Assembly (NCBI GenBank): GCA_964554455.1
Contig: CAZKOW010000001.1
Location: 132,951 to 196,950 of the forward strand
Direction of reading: 5' to 3'
DNA length: 64,000 nucleotides
Source of the DNA: an uncultured Sphingopyxis sp.
GTDB lineage: Bacteria > Pseudomonadota > Alphaproteobacteria > Sphingomonadales > Sphingomonadaceae
Shown here: positions 8,883-16,240 of the stretch, one piece after another
Numbering within the stretch: position 1 is the first letter of the stretch
Layout of the letters: each line of letters starts with the position of its first letter
Translations under genes and position numbers: made by a program
The notes under the pieces: generated by a model
The model's database searches: none
Seen by the model: only the letters and a program-made list of their open reading frames with translations
What the model was told of the DNA's origin: nothing

Positions 8883-10600
8883 GGCGCCTCCTCCACCAGC
8901 CCCTGGCCAAAGGTCGCATCGCGTCCCGGCGCGCCGAGGTCGGTGGCCGACGCCTCCAGCGCCGCAACGGCGGCCTTGGCCGCCGCGACATTGGGCCGGG
9001 TGAGCGTGGCGGCGAGCCGCGCGGCAATCACGGGCGCGGCAAAACTGGTGCCGGTCGTTGATGTGCGCAGCCCGTTTGGATCCATGGAGGGGACATTGAC
9101 GCCGCGCGCGGCAAAATCGACATAGCTGCCCCGGTTGGCATAGCGATAGATTTGCCGCCGCTGGTCAACGGCGGTCACCGCAATGACACCGGTATAGGCC
9201 CCCGGGAACACGGGCGGGGCCGCTGGTCCGTCATTGCCCGCAGCGGCGACGATGACATGGCCCTTGCTGGTCAGCCGGTCGATGCTGGCCGCGACCACGG
9301 CGTTGCGCGGCCCGGCCAGGCTGACGTTGATCACCGGCACGCCTTGCGCCGCCATCCAGTCGAGCGCCTGCACCAGCGCAAAGGTCGATCCCGCCGTGCC
9401 GCGCGGTCCGGCGAAGATATCGGCCACATGGATGCGGGTGCGCGCGCCGGGCTTGGCGGCGGTGCCCGCAAACAAATGGCCGATGGCGGTGCCGTGCAAC
9501 TGGGGCACGGGGGCAGCGGCGTTAAAGGCGCGCTGCTCGACCTGGACATGGCGAAATGCGGGCAAGCTGCTGGCAACGCCGGTGTCGATCAGCCCGATGC
9601 GGCAACCACAGGCGGCGCGCGCGACCGGCGGCGCCTTTCCCTGGGTGCGCACGCGCGCCGACGAGCTGTCGAACAGATGGTTGAGGCTGAGCGCCCCCGG
9701 GTCGGCCACATCGTCGATCTGGCCCAGCAAATCCTGGTCATTGGCCGATGCCGGTCCGCGCAGCAGATAAAGCGTGCCGGTAAGCGCACCAAGCCGCGAC
9801 GAGCGCACCACCTCTATCCCCCGGCGGCGCAGTTCCGCCAGTTCGGTCGGTTGCAGGTCGATGGCGACAAATTCGTGCGCGCGGTAGCGAAAGCCTTCGC
9901 GGTCGGTGTCGATGCCGTCGCGTTCATCCAGCCGCAGCCGTTCGCTTTCGCTTTCGCTGCCGCCGCCGATGATTTCCAGCACCGCGTCATCATCGTCGCC
10001 CGCGTCGCCGCCGCTGTTGCCCGGCGCATTTTCGGTTGGGCCGTCGTCGTCGCCCCCGCCGCCGGTGTCGCCATCGTCATCGTCATCGTCCTCGCCGCCG
10101 GTGCCGGTGCTGCCCGCGGCCGCAGGAGCGTCGTCATCGTCACCATCGTCGTCGTCATCGTCGCCGCTGCCGCCCGAAGCCCCTGCGGCGGGCGCGCCGT
10201 CGTCATCGTCGCTTTCGCCATCATCGTCGTCGCCGCCCGCGCTGCCGCCGCCTGCCGCCGCGCCATCATCGCTGTCGCCGCCGCCGTCATCGGTGCCGCC
10301 ATCGTCGCCGCCCGCGCCGTCATCGCCGCCCGCGCCGCCGCCATCATCGCCGCCGGGTCCATCGTCATCGGCATCACCGCCGCCGGGATCGCCGTCGTCA
10401 TCGCCGGGGGGGTCGGTGTCGGGATCGTCGGGATCGGGCACCCCGGCGTCATCATCGCCATCGCCGTCGTCGTCATCCTCGTCATCATCATCGTCGCCGG
10501 GATTGCTTTGGGCCATGCTGGGCACATCGATGACATAGGCCGTCAGGGTTCCCGCCAGCGCCAGCGCCGCCGCCGTCAGCAAAAGATTATGCTTGGTCAC
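8879..10600 (-). CDS. secreted S8 (subtilisin-family) serine peptidase with ~170-aa hyperacidic Asp/Gly region
   Basis: 573 aa. Signal peptide 'LLLTAAALALAGTLTA'. Catalytic triad contexts are 'IGLIDTGV' (Asp), 'HGTAIGH' (His) and 'GTSFAAPVIAA' (Ser). Residues ~35-205 are almost only D/G/A/E/P/S/T. Confidence 0.88.
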   Translation of the reverse strand: MTKHNLLLTAAALALAGTLTAYVIDVPSMAQSNPGDDDDDEDDDDGDGDDDAGVPDPDDPDTDPPGDDDGDPGGGDADDDGPGGDDGGGAGGDDGAGGDDGGTDDGGGDSDDGAAAGGGSAGGDDDDGESDDDDGAPAAGASGGSGDDDDDDGDDDDAPAAAGSTGTGGEDDDDDDGDTGGGGDDDGPTENAPGNSGGDAGDDDDAVLEIIGGGSESESERLRLDERDGIDTDREGFRYRAHEFVAIDLQPTELAELRRRGIEVVRSSRLGALTGTLYLLRGPASANDQDLLGQIDDVADPGALSLNHLFDSSSARVRTQGKAPPVARAACGCRIGLIDTGVASSLPAFRHVQVEQRAFNAAAPVPQLHGTAIGHLFAGTAAKPGARTRIHVADIFAGPRGTAGSTFALVQALDWMAAQGVPVINVSLAGPRNAVVAASIDRLTSKGHVIVAAAGNDGPAAPPVFPGAYTGVIAVTAVDQRRQIYRYANRGSYVDFAARGVNVPSMDPNGLRTSTTGTSFAAPVIAARLAATLTRPNVAAAKAAVAALEASATDLGAPGRDATFGQGLVEEAP

Positions 10601-10665
10601 CTGACGCTCCCGCCTTTAAGGCCCTTTGGCGAGTCACCGCTCGGTCTGCGGCGACTCATGGCACA

Positions 10666-11253
10666 TTGTTCCGACCGGCAAAACGATTCAACCATGCGGA
10701 ATATTTCGCGCCGATGAATCGTTCGCAGCAACAGACAGGGCAAATGGAACCAAACGCGCGGATACAGGAGGAGATTGCCTCGCTCATCCCCCGCTTGCGA
10801 AAATTCGCCCGCGTCCTGACCGGCAATCTGGCCGACGCCGACGATGTGGTGCAGGCGAGCCTGGAGAAAGCGATGCGCAATATCGACCAATGGCAACCCG
10901 GAACCCGGCTGGACAGCTGGCTGTTCACCATTGCCCGCAATTTGTGGATCGACGACCGGCGGCTGGCCCGCAATCGCACGCCGCATGATGATGTGACCGA
11001 AATGTTCGATCTGGCGGGCGATGACGGGGTGGATGCGGTGGAGGCGCGCGACCGGCAGCGGGCGGTGCGCCGCGCCGTTGACGCGCTGCCCGCCGACCAG
11101 CGCGAACTGGTCGGCCTCGTCATGCTGGAGGGCTTTGCCTATCGCGAGGCCGCCGCCATGCTCGACATTCCCATCGGCACGGTGATGAGCCGCTTGTCGC
11201 GGGCCAAGGCCGCCCTGGCCGACACGCTGCGCCAGTGGGAGGCAGCGGTATGA
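10666..11253 (+). CDS. ECF (sigma-70 family group 4) sigma factor
   Basis: Region 2 'DADDVVQASLEKAMRNIDQW...SWLFTIARNLWIDDRR' and region 4 'REAAAMLDIPIGTVMSRLSRAK'. The likely true start is ATG at 10714 or 10744. Confidence 0.9.
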   Translation: MFRPAKRFNHAEYFAPMNRSQQQTGQMEPNARIQEEIASLIPRLRKFARVLTGNLADADDVVQASLEKAMRNIDQWQPGTRLDSWLFTIARNLWIDDRRLARNRTPHDDVTEMFDLAGDDGVDAVEARDRQRAVRRAVDALPADQRELVGLVMLEGFAYREAAAMLDIPIGTVMSRLSRAKAALADTLRQWEAAV

Positions 11254-12023
11254 CCGATTTCGATACCGCCATGCTGCAGGCCTATCTGCGCGGCACGCTG
11301 CCTGCGGATCAGATGGATGCCATCGATGCCGCGCTGGAAACCGACATGGCGCTCGTCGCGCGGCTGGAGGCGCTGGCCGACGGCGATGATGCGGCGAGCG
11401 CGGCGGTGCGCGATGCCTTTGCCCCGGTAGAGGCGCTGCCGGTGCCCGCACGATTGACAGCGGCGGTTTATGCAACGGCACCGGCGGCGAACCAGCCCAT
11501 CGACCTGGGCACCGCCCGCGCCGCCCGCCGGGCCGTGCGCGGGGGCGCGCAATGGGGCTGGCCGCAATTTGGCGCCATGGCGGCGTCGCTGGCAGTGGGT
11601 GTGCTGGCCAGCCGCCTGTTCCTGACCCCCGCGGGCGATGGCAGCGCGCTGGTAATCGCCGCCGCCGATGGCCCGCGCCTGACGGCCAGCCTGGCCACCG
11701 TGCTGGATACCGCCGCTAGCGGCGAGACGCGCCAGGCCGGTTCGCTGGGCACGGCACATCTGATGATCAGCTTTCGAAATGGAGACGGGCAGCTGTGCCG
11801 CCAATTTGCGGTAACGGGCCGGCGCGGCGTTACCGACGCCGTGTCGTGCCGCGATGGCAAGGGATGGCGGGTGGAGGCGATGGCGCCGCGTCCCGCTGCA
11901 CCCGGCGAAATCCGCACGGCAGCGGGCGATGCTGCCCCGGCGGTGCTGACGGCGGTCGATGGGATCATCGTTGGCGACGTCCTGCTGGGTGAAGCCGAGG
12001 CGGCGGCGCTGAAGGCACGCTGA
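11250..12023 (+). CDS. anti-sigma factor (single-pass membrane)
   Basis: ATGA overlap with the sigma stop. N-terminal helical anti-sigma region 'MLQAYLRGTLPADQMDAIDAAL', a TM helix 'FGAMAASLAVGVLASRLFL' and a periplasmic C-terminal domain. Confidence 0.75.
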   Translation: MTDFDTAMLQAYLRGTLPADQMDAIDAALETDMALVARLEALADGDDAASAAVRDAFAPVEALPVPARLTAAVYATAPAANQPIDLGTARAARRAVRGGAQWGWPQFGAMAASLAVGVLASRLFLTPAGDGSALVIAAADGPRLTASLATVLDTAASGETRQAGSLGTAHLMISFRNGDGQLCRQFAVTGRRGVTDAVSCRDGKGWRVEAMAPRPAAPGEIRTAAGDAAPAVLTAVDGIIVGDVLLGEAEAAALKAR

Positions 12024-12047
12024 ATCTGGACTGACAGGCGAACGGCA

Positions 12048-12083
12048 AAGGGGGCTGCGACCGATAGGTGCAGCCCCCTTTCC
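12048..12083. terminator. bidirectional stem-loop between convergent anti-sigma and porin genes
   Basis: AAGGGGGCTGC-(11 nt)-GCAGCCCCCTT gives a perfect 11-bp stem followed by TCC/TTT. Confidence 0.7.
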
Positions 12084-12110
12084 TGGTTTCGGCCCCAGCG
12101 GGCCGCATCG

Positions 12111-13166
12111 TCAGATCGCGAACTGCAGCTCCAGAATCGCCACCACCCCGTTGACCGTGGGCTGGCCCAGGCGGCGTTCGCGATATTGCACCAGGTCGCT
12201 GCGCAGTTGCAGGTTCCGGCTCAGCGCATAATAGCCGCCGACGCCAAAGCTGCGCGATGATTGGGTGCGCGCCTGGGTCGTGGCGGCGCTGAACGCCGCG
12301 CCCCATTTGTCCTCGACCCAGCTGATTCCGCCGTTGATTTCCCACTGGTTGAAATTGCGGTCCAGCCGGTTGCTGTCGCCGCGCCGGACATAGGCACCGC
12401 CCAGCCGCAGCGGCCCGCGCCGCAATTCGGTCCCGACGCTCCAGCTGTTCAAATCGGCGCGCCGGGTAATCGGGTCGGCATCGCCGGTGGCATAGCCCCC
12501 CGACAGGCCGACAATCCAGTCGCCCACCGGCTGCTGGAACTGCACACCCAGCTCGATGGCATCGCGCACGATCGTCCGCGCGCGCGGGTTGGCGGCATTT
12601 TCATTCTGCTGAAACTTCGGCGACCAGCTGATTCCGGCGCGGATGCCGTTGATGGGTGGCGACAGATAGATAAGCTTGAAGGCATCGCGCGTGTCGAGCG
12701 CCGACAAAAGCGCCTGCGCTGCGCCATAGCGCGACGCATCGCCGCGCACCTGGCCCAGCGCGATGACCGGCGCATGAAAGGCCAGCACGTCGGCGGGGCC
12801 GTCCTGTCGCCCCACTTCAAACCGCCCCAGCTCGCTGGCCACAAAGCCATAGATTTCGCCGGTCTCCAGCGATTCCGTTTCGCGGCGCTGGTTCGACAGT
12901 TCGACATTGGCCCCGATCAGCAGGCCATCGGGCGAGGTCCATTCGGCGTTCAGCCGCCCGAACAGGTCGATGGTCGCGTCGCTGTTGCCGGTGGCGGGAT
13001 CATTATCGTCGAACAGCGCGCCCTGCACCGCCACCCCGGCGGTCAGGCGCAGGTCAAAGCCGCCCGATTGCAGGCGCAGTTCGGGTATGGTCTGCGCCGC
13101 CGCCGGTGCCGCCGCAAGGGTGATGGCGAGCGTGGCCGCACCGGCCAAAAACAGATGCTTGGTCAT
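12111..13166 (-). CDS. outer-membrane porin (beta-barrel)
   Basis: Signal peptide 'MTKHLFLAGAATLAITLAAAPAAAQ' from ATG at 13166, with alternating beta-strand pattern, aromatic girdles and a terminal '...ILELQFAI'. Confidence 0.75.
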   Translation of the reverse strand: MTKHLFLAGAATLAITLAAAPAAAQTIPELRLQSGGFDLRLTAGVAVQGALFDDNDPATGNSDATIDLFGRLNAEWTSPDGLLIGANVELSNQRRETESLETGEIYGFVASELGRFEVGRQDGPADVLAFHAPVIALGQVRGDASRYGAAQALLSALDTRDAFKLIYLSPPINGIRAGISWSPKFQQNENAANPRARTIVRDAIELGVQFQQPVGDWIVGLSGGYATGDADPITRRADLNSWSVGTELRRGPLRLGGAYVRRGDSNRLDRNFNQWEINGGISWVEDKWGAAFSAATTQARTQSSRSFGVGGYYALSRNLQLRSDLVQYRERRLGQPTVNGVVAILELQFAI

Positions 13167-13176
13167 AAATCCCCCT

Positions 13177-13977
13177 TCAAGCCGTCGCGGCTTGCTTGCC
13201 AGTGACGTATGCGGACAGCGCGGCGGCGGCAAGCGACATCATCGCCGTTTCGCGCGCACAAATGGCGAAATCGTGAACGCCCCCGGCCAGCAGCTCCAGC
13301 TTGACATGGGACTCCGCATCCAGCCGATCGGCGGCGCGCTGCATCGCGCGGGTCCAGCGTTTGGCCCGGCGCAGGCGGGTTTCGCCCTGGTGCATGTTGA
13401 TGAGCGGCGATTGGCGGACCGATCCGTCGATCCGCAAATCCTGTTCCCCCACCGCAACCGTCAGCCGCACCTTCAGCGCAGCGGCCAGATCGCACGGCAG
13501 CGGCGCGCCGCTGCCAATGCCAAAGGGCCAGGCCAGCGCCGCATCGGGCATCGCATACCACCCCGCCGACACGCAATAGGCCGCCGCGACCCGCTTCGGA
13601 TGGAGCAGGGCAAAGCGGTGGCAAAATTGCGCGCCGCCCGAAAAGCCGAACCAGGCCGGTGCCGATATGTCGCAGGCATAGCTGTCCGCCACTTCATCGA
13701 GCAGGGTCAGCATGGCGAGGTCAGAGCGGGTCTGTCCGCCATGGGTGCCCATTTGCTGATATTGGCCAAATCGGGTTTTTTCAAACAGCGGGGCGATGAT
13801 CGTCCAGCCCGCAAAATGCGGCGATTCGGCAAAGCGGGCGGCGAGTTCGGCGGCGTTGCGCGAAATGCCGTGGACGGCGACCAGCACGGGAGCGGCGGGC
13901 CCGCGATAGACGATATAGGCGTCGGGACAATCGGCGCGGCGCGCCAGCACCATGCGGGGCAGGTCATGCGTCTTCAT
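13177..13977 (-). CDS. alpha/beta-hydrolase (esterase/depolymerase-like), cytoplasmic
   Basis: Nucleophile elbow 'GFSGGAQF' and oxyanion-type 'VAVHGISRNA'. No signal peptide. Start ATG at 13977. Confidence 0.7.
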   Translation of the reverse strand: MKTHDLPRMVLARRADCPDAYIVYRGPAAPVLVAVHGISRNAAELAARFAESPHFAGWTIIAPLFEKTRFGQYQQMGTHGGQTRSDLAMLTLLDEVADSYACDISAPAWFGFSGGAQFCHRFALLHPKRVAAAYCVSAGWYAMPDAALAWPFGIGSGAPLPCDLAAALKVRLTVAVGEQDLRIDGSVRQSPLINMHQGETRLRRAKRWTRAMQRAADRLDAESHVKLELLAGGVHDFAICARETAMMSLAAAALSAYVTGKQAATA

Positions 13978-14896
13978 CTTTGGCTCCATGAATGTCGGGG
14001 GTGGGGGTGGCCAGCTGCTGGTCCAGCCGGGCAATGGCAATCATGCCGCCCAGTTGCGCATGCAGCGCGCGGGCAAATTCGACAAAGCGCGCGCCAGCAA
14101 AACCCAGCAGCGCCAGACCGGCGACCAGTTCGCTTGCGCTGCCCTCTGCCTGGCGAAAGGCGATGACGAGCAGGATGGCGGCCAGCGTGGCGGCAACGAC
14201 CATCACCACCTCGATCGTCGCGGCCCAGCGGGTGCGGCATTCGGCGAGGCGCGCGAGCAATTGGGCGCGCTGGCCCAGTTCGCGGCGGCCATGCCGCCCG
14301 CGCGCGACCTGACCGGCCACTTCGGCCCGCACGCGGCGGATGAGGAAACGGGTCAGCCGGCCGCGCGCCTGGCGCTGTTCGCCAATCACTTGCCGCAACC
14401 GCAGCGCGCCAAGCAGGACGAGCAGCAGGCCAAGTGCCAGCGGCGCGAGCGCAGCGGCGGCGGCAGGGTGGGCGACGGCGAACCACAGCGCCGCGCCCGC
14501 CCCGGCGATGGCGCTGGTCCACAGCCGGATGACGCCGCGCGCCGCCCAATTGCGCAGCGCCGTGAGATCGCCAATGAAGGGGGTGAGCCAGCGTTCCTCG
14601 CTCGACCCGCGGCCATGGCGAATGACGCTTTCAAACAGGGCGGCGCGGGTATCGAGGATCAGCGATTGGGCCAGCCGCTCGGCAAGGCTGCGTTCGGTCA
14701 GCAAGGCCGCGCCTGTCACTGCCGCCAGCCCGGCGGCCATGCCGCCCGCCGCCAGCAATTGCGCATCGGGCACCGCCATGGCGCGGCCCAGCGCAGCAGC
14801 GGCAGCAGCGGCGAGGGCCGCCTGCGCCGCCGCCAGCGTCACCAGCAGCGCGACCATCGGGCGGCGCTGCGGTGCGGTGAGCCGGGGCAGCGTCAT
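13964..14896 (-). CDS. ABC-exporter-type transmembrane domain protein lacking a nucleotide-binding domain
   Basis: 310 aa from ATG at 14896 (ATGA overlap with the upstream gene). Long helices with intracellular-loop-like charged stretches, as in the ABC_membrane fold. No Walker or signature motifs. Confidence 0.5.
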   Translation of the reverse strand: MTLPRLTAPQRRPMVALLVTLAAAQAALAAAAAAALGRAMAVPDAQLLAAGGMAAGLAAVTGAALLTERSLAERLAQSLILDTRAALFESVIRHGRGSSEERWLTPFIGDLTALRNWAARGVIRLWTSAIAGAGAALWFAVAHPAAAAALAPLALGLLLVLLGALRLRQVIGEQRQARGRLTRFLIRRVRAEVAGQVARGRHGRRELGQRAQLLARLAECRTRWAATIEVVMVVAATLAAILLVIAFRQAEGSASELVAGLALLGFAGARFVEFARALHAQLGGMIAIARLDQQLATPTPDIHGAKDEDA

Positions 14897-15981
14897 GCCG
14901 CCTGGCTCGCAACCTGCGCGTCGCCAAAGGCCAGGCGCGCGGCGGCGACCGGATCGCGCAGGGCCGCCAGGGTGGCGATGGGCAGGCCGGTGGCGTGGCC
15001 CGCCTCGCGCGCGGCCAGCGGCGATGCCGACACCAGCCCCGATAGGGCGCAGGCCGGGCGGCCATGGTCGGCCAGCCAGCGGGCACCAAAGGCCGCGCCC
15101 ATCGCGTCCCCGGCGGCAAAGACCAGCTTGTCGAACCAGCCGGTGGCGACCGACATGTCGATCAGCGCCGCCGTTTCGCCCTGCAACAGGCCGTCGGCAA
15201 TCTCGACCACCGCAATTTCTATGTCGGCGGCGGCCAGCCGGGTGAGGAGGTAGTTGGTCGTGCTCGCAAGCTCCCGCGCCGACAGGCCGAAGGTGGAGGC
15301 ATGTCCCGCATCGGTGAAATCGATGGCAAGCGCCGCGCCCGCATCCAGCATCGCCCACAAATCGCCGCCCGACCCGGTGCCGGTCAATTTGGCCGCGCCC
15401 GTGCGAAAGCCGGCGCGCGACAGGCCGTGGACCAGCCCGGCGACGGTCGTGGTCTTCCCCGCGTTCATCGAACTGCCCGCCACGGCAATCACCAGCGGCG
15501 GGCGGGTGGCACGCTCGGCAGGCGCGGTGAATTGCGCCAGGTTCAATATGCTGCCGTCGTGGCGGGCGAGCATGCCGATGGGCTCAATCTGGGTGGCGGC
15601 GCGCATTTTGGCGTGCTTGGCGGTCACCTCCCCCGCGACGCCGCCGCCCGCGACCAGATGGCACGGGCCCAGCCGGTTGGGGACAAAGGCCTCAAACTGG
15701 TCGGGGGCATAGCGGTTGCCAAAGGCGACAATGATTTCATCACCGACATACAGGGCGCCGCGGCGGCCATGGACATTTTCAATCCGCTGATGCTGGCCCA
15801 GCGCCGTGACGCGCGCCAGCACCAGGTCACCCGCGCGCGGCGAACCGCTGCGCACCAGCCGTTCGGCGACGGCCAGATCGACATGCCGGGTGGTAAAGGC
15901 GCGCTTGGCCTCATCGAGCCGGGCGGCAAGCCGGACGGTGCGGTCGGCGGTGGGGAGTTTGGCAAGGGTGATCGATGACAT
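14893..15981 (-). CDS. P-loop NTPase-domain protein of unknown function
   Basis: 362 aa from ATG at 15981. Walker A 'VAGSSMNAGKTTTV' and Walker-B-like 'IAVVEIADG'. The N-terminal ~150 aa are beta-rich. A distant DUF1611/MobB-like impression only. Confidence 0.55.
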   Translation of the reverse strand: MSSITLAKLPTADRTVRLAARLDEAKRAFTTRHVDLAVAERLVRSGSPRAGDLVLARVTALGQHQRIENVHGRRGALYVGDEIIVAFGNRYAPDQFEAFVPNRLGPCHLVAGGGVAGEVTAKHAKMRAATQIEPIGMLARHDGSILNLAQFTAPAERATRPPLVIAVAGSSMNAGKTTTVAGLVHGLSRAGFRTGAAKLTGTGSGGDLWAMLDAGAALAIDFTDAGHASTFGLSARELASTTNYLLTRLAAADIEIAVVEIADGLLQGETAALIDMSVATGWFDKLVFAAGDAMGAAFGARWLADHGRPACALSGLVSASPLAAREAGHATGLPIATLAALRDPVAAARLAFGDAQVASQAA

Positions 15982-16106
15982 GGGGGCTCTCCTGCGGTTG
16001 GGTTGCACAGGACGAACGGAGCGGGGTGCGGCTTTATTCCGGGGGCGCGCGATTTTTTTTCGGAGCGGGATGGGGGTTGCTCGAACGGTCACCCTGAACC
16101 CGTGCG

Positions 16107-16156
16107 GCGTTTATCCCGCTCGCAATGACGCGCTCGGGTGCGGAGGGGATAAACGC
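16107..16156. repeat. imperfect 17-bp inverted repeat (REP-like hairpin, possible terminator of the EPS operon)
   Basis: GCGTTTATCCCGCTCGC ... GCGGAGGGGATAAACGC, located between two co-directional operons. Confidence 0.5.
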
Positions 16157-16240
16157 AAGACCCCTGCGCCATGGATGCCGGAAAAGCGCGGCTATCGCTG
16201 AACCAGCATGACACGATCATCAACCTCGTCTTATCACGCT

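Noticed and set aside
9814-10538. Several 165-240-aa ORFs in other frames and strands over the Asp/Gly tract (Ser/Pro-rich, Arg/His-rich, Thr/Ala/Met-rich).
   Set aside because: They are by-products of the quasi-repetitive GAY/GGY DNA. Only the minus-strand frame continues into a bona fide S8 catalytic domain.
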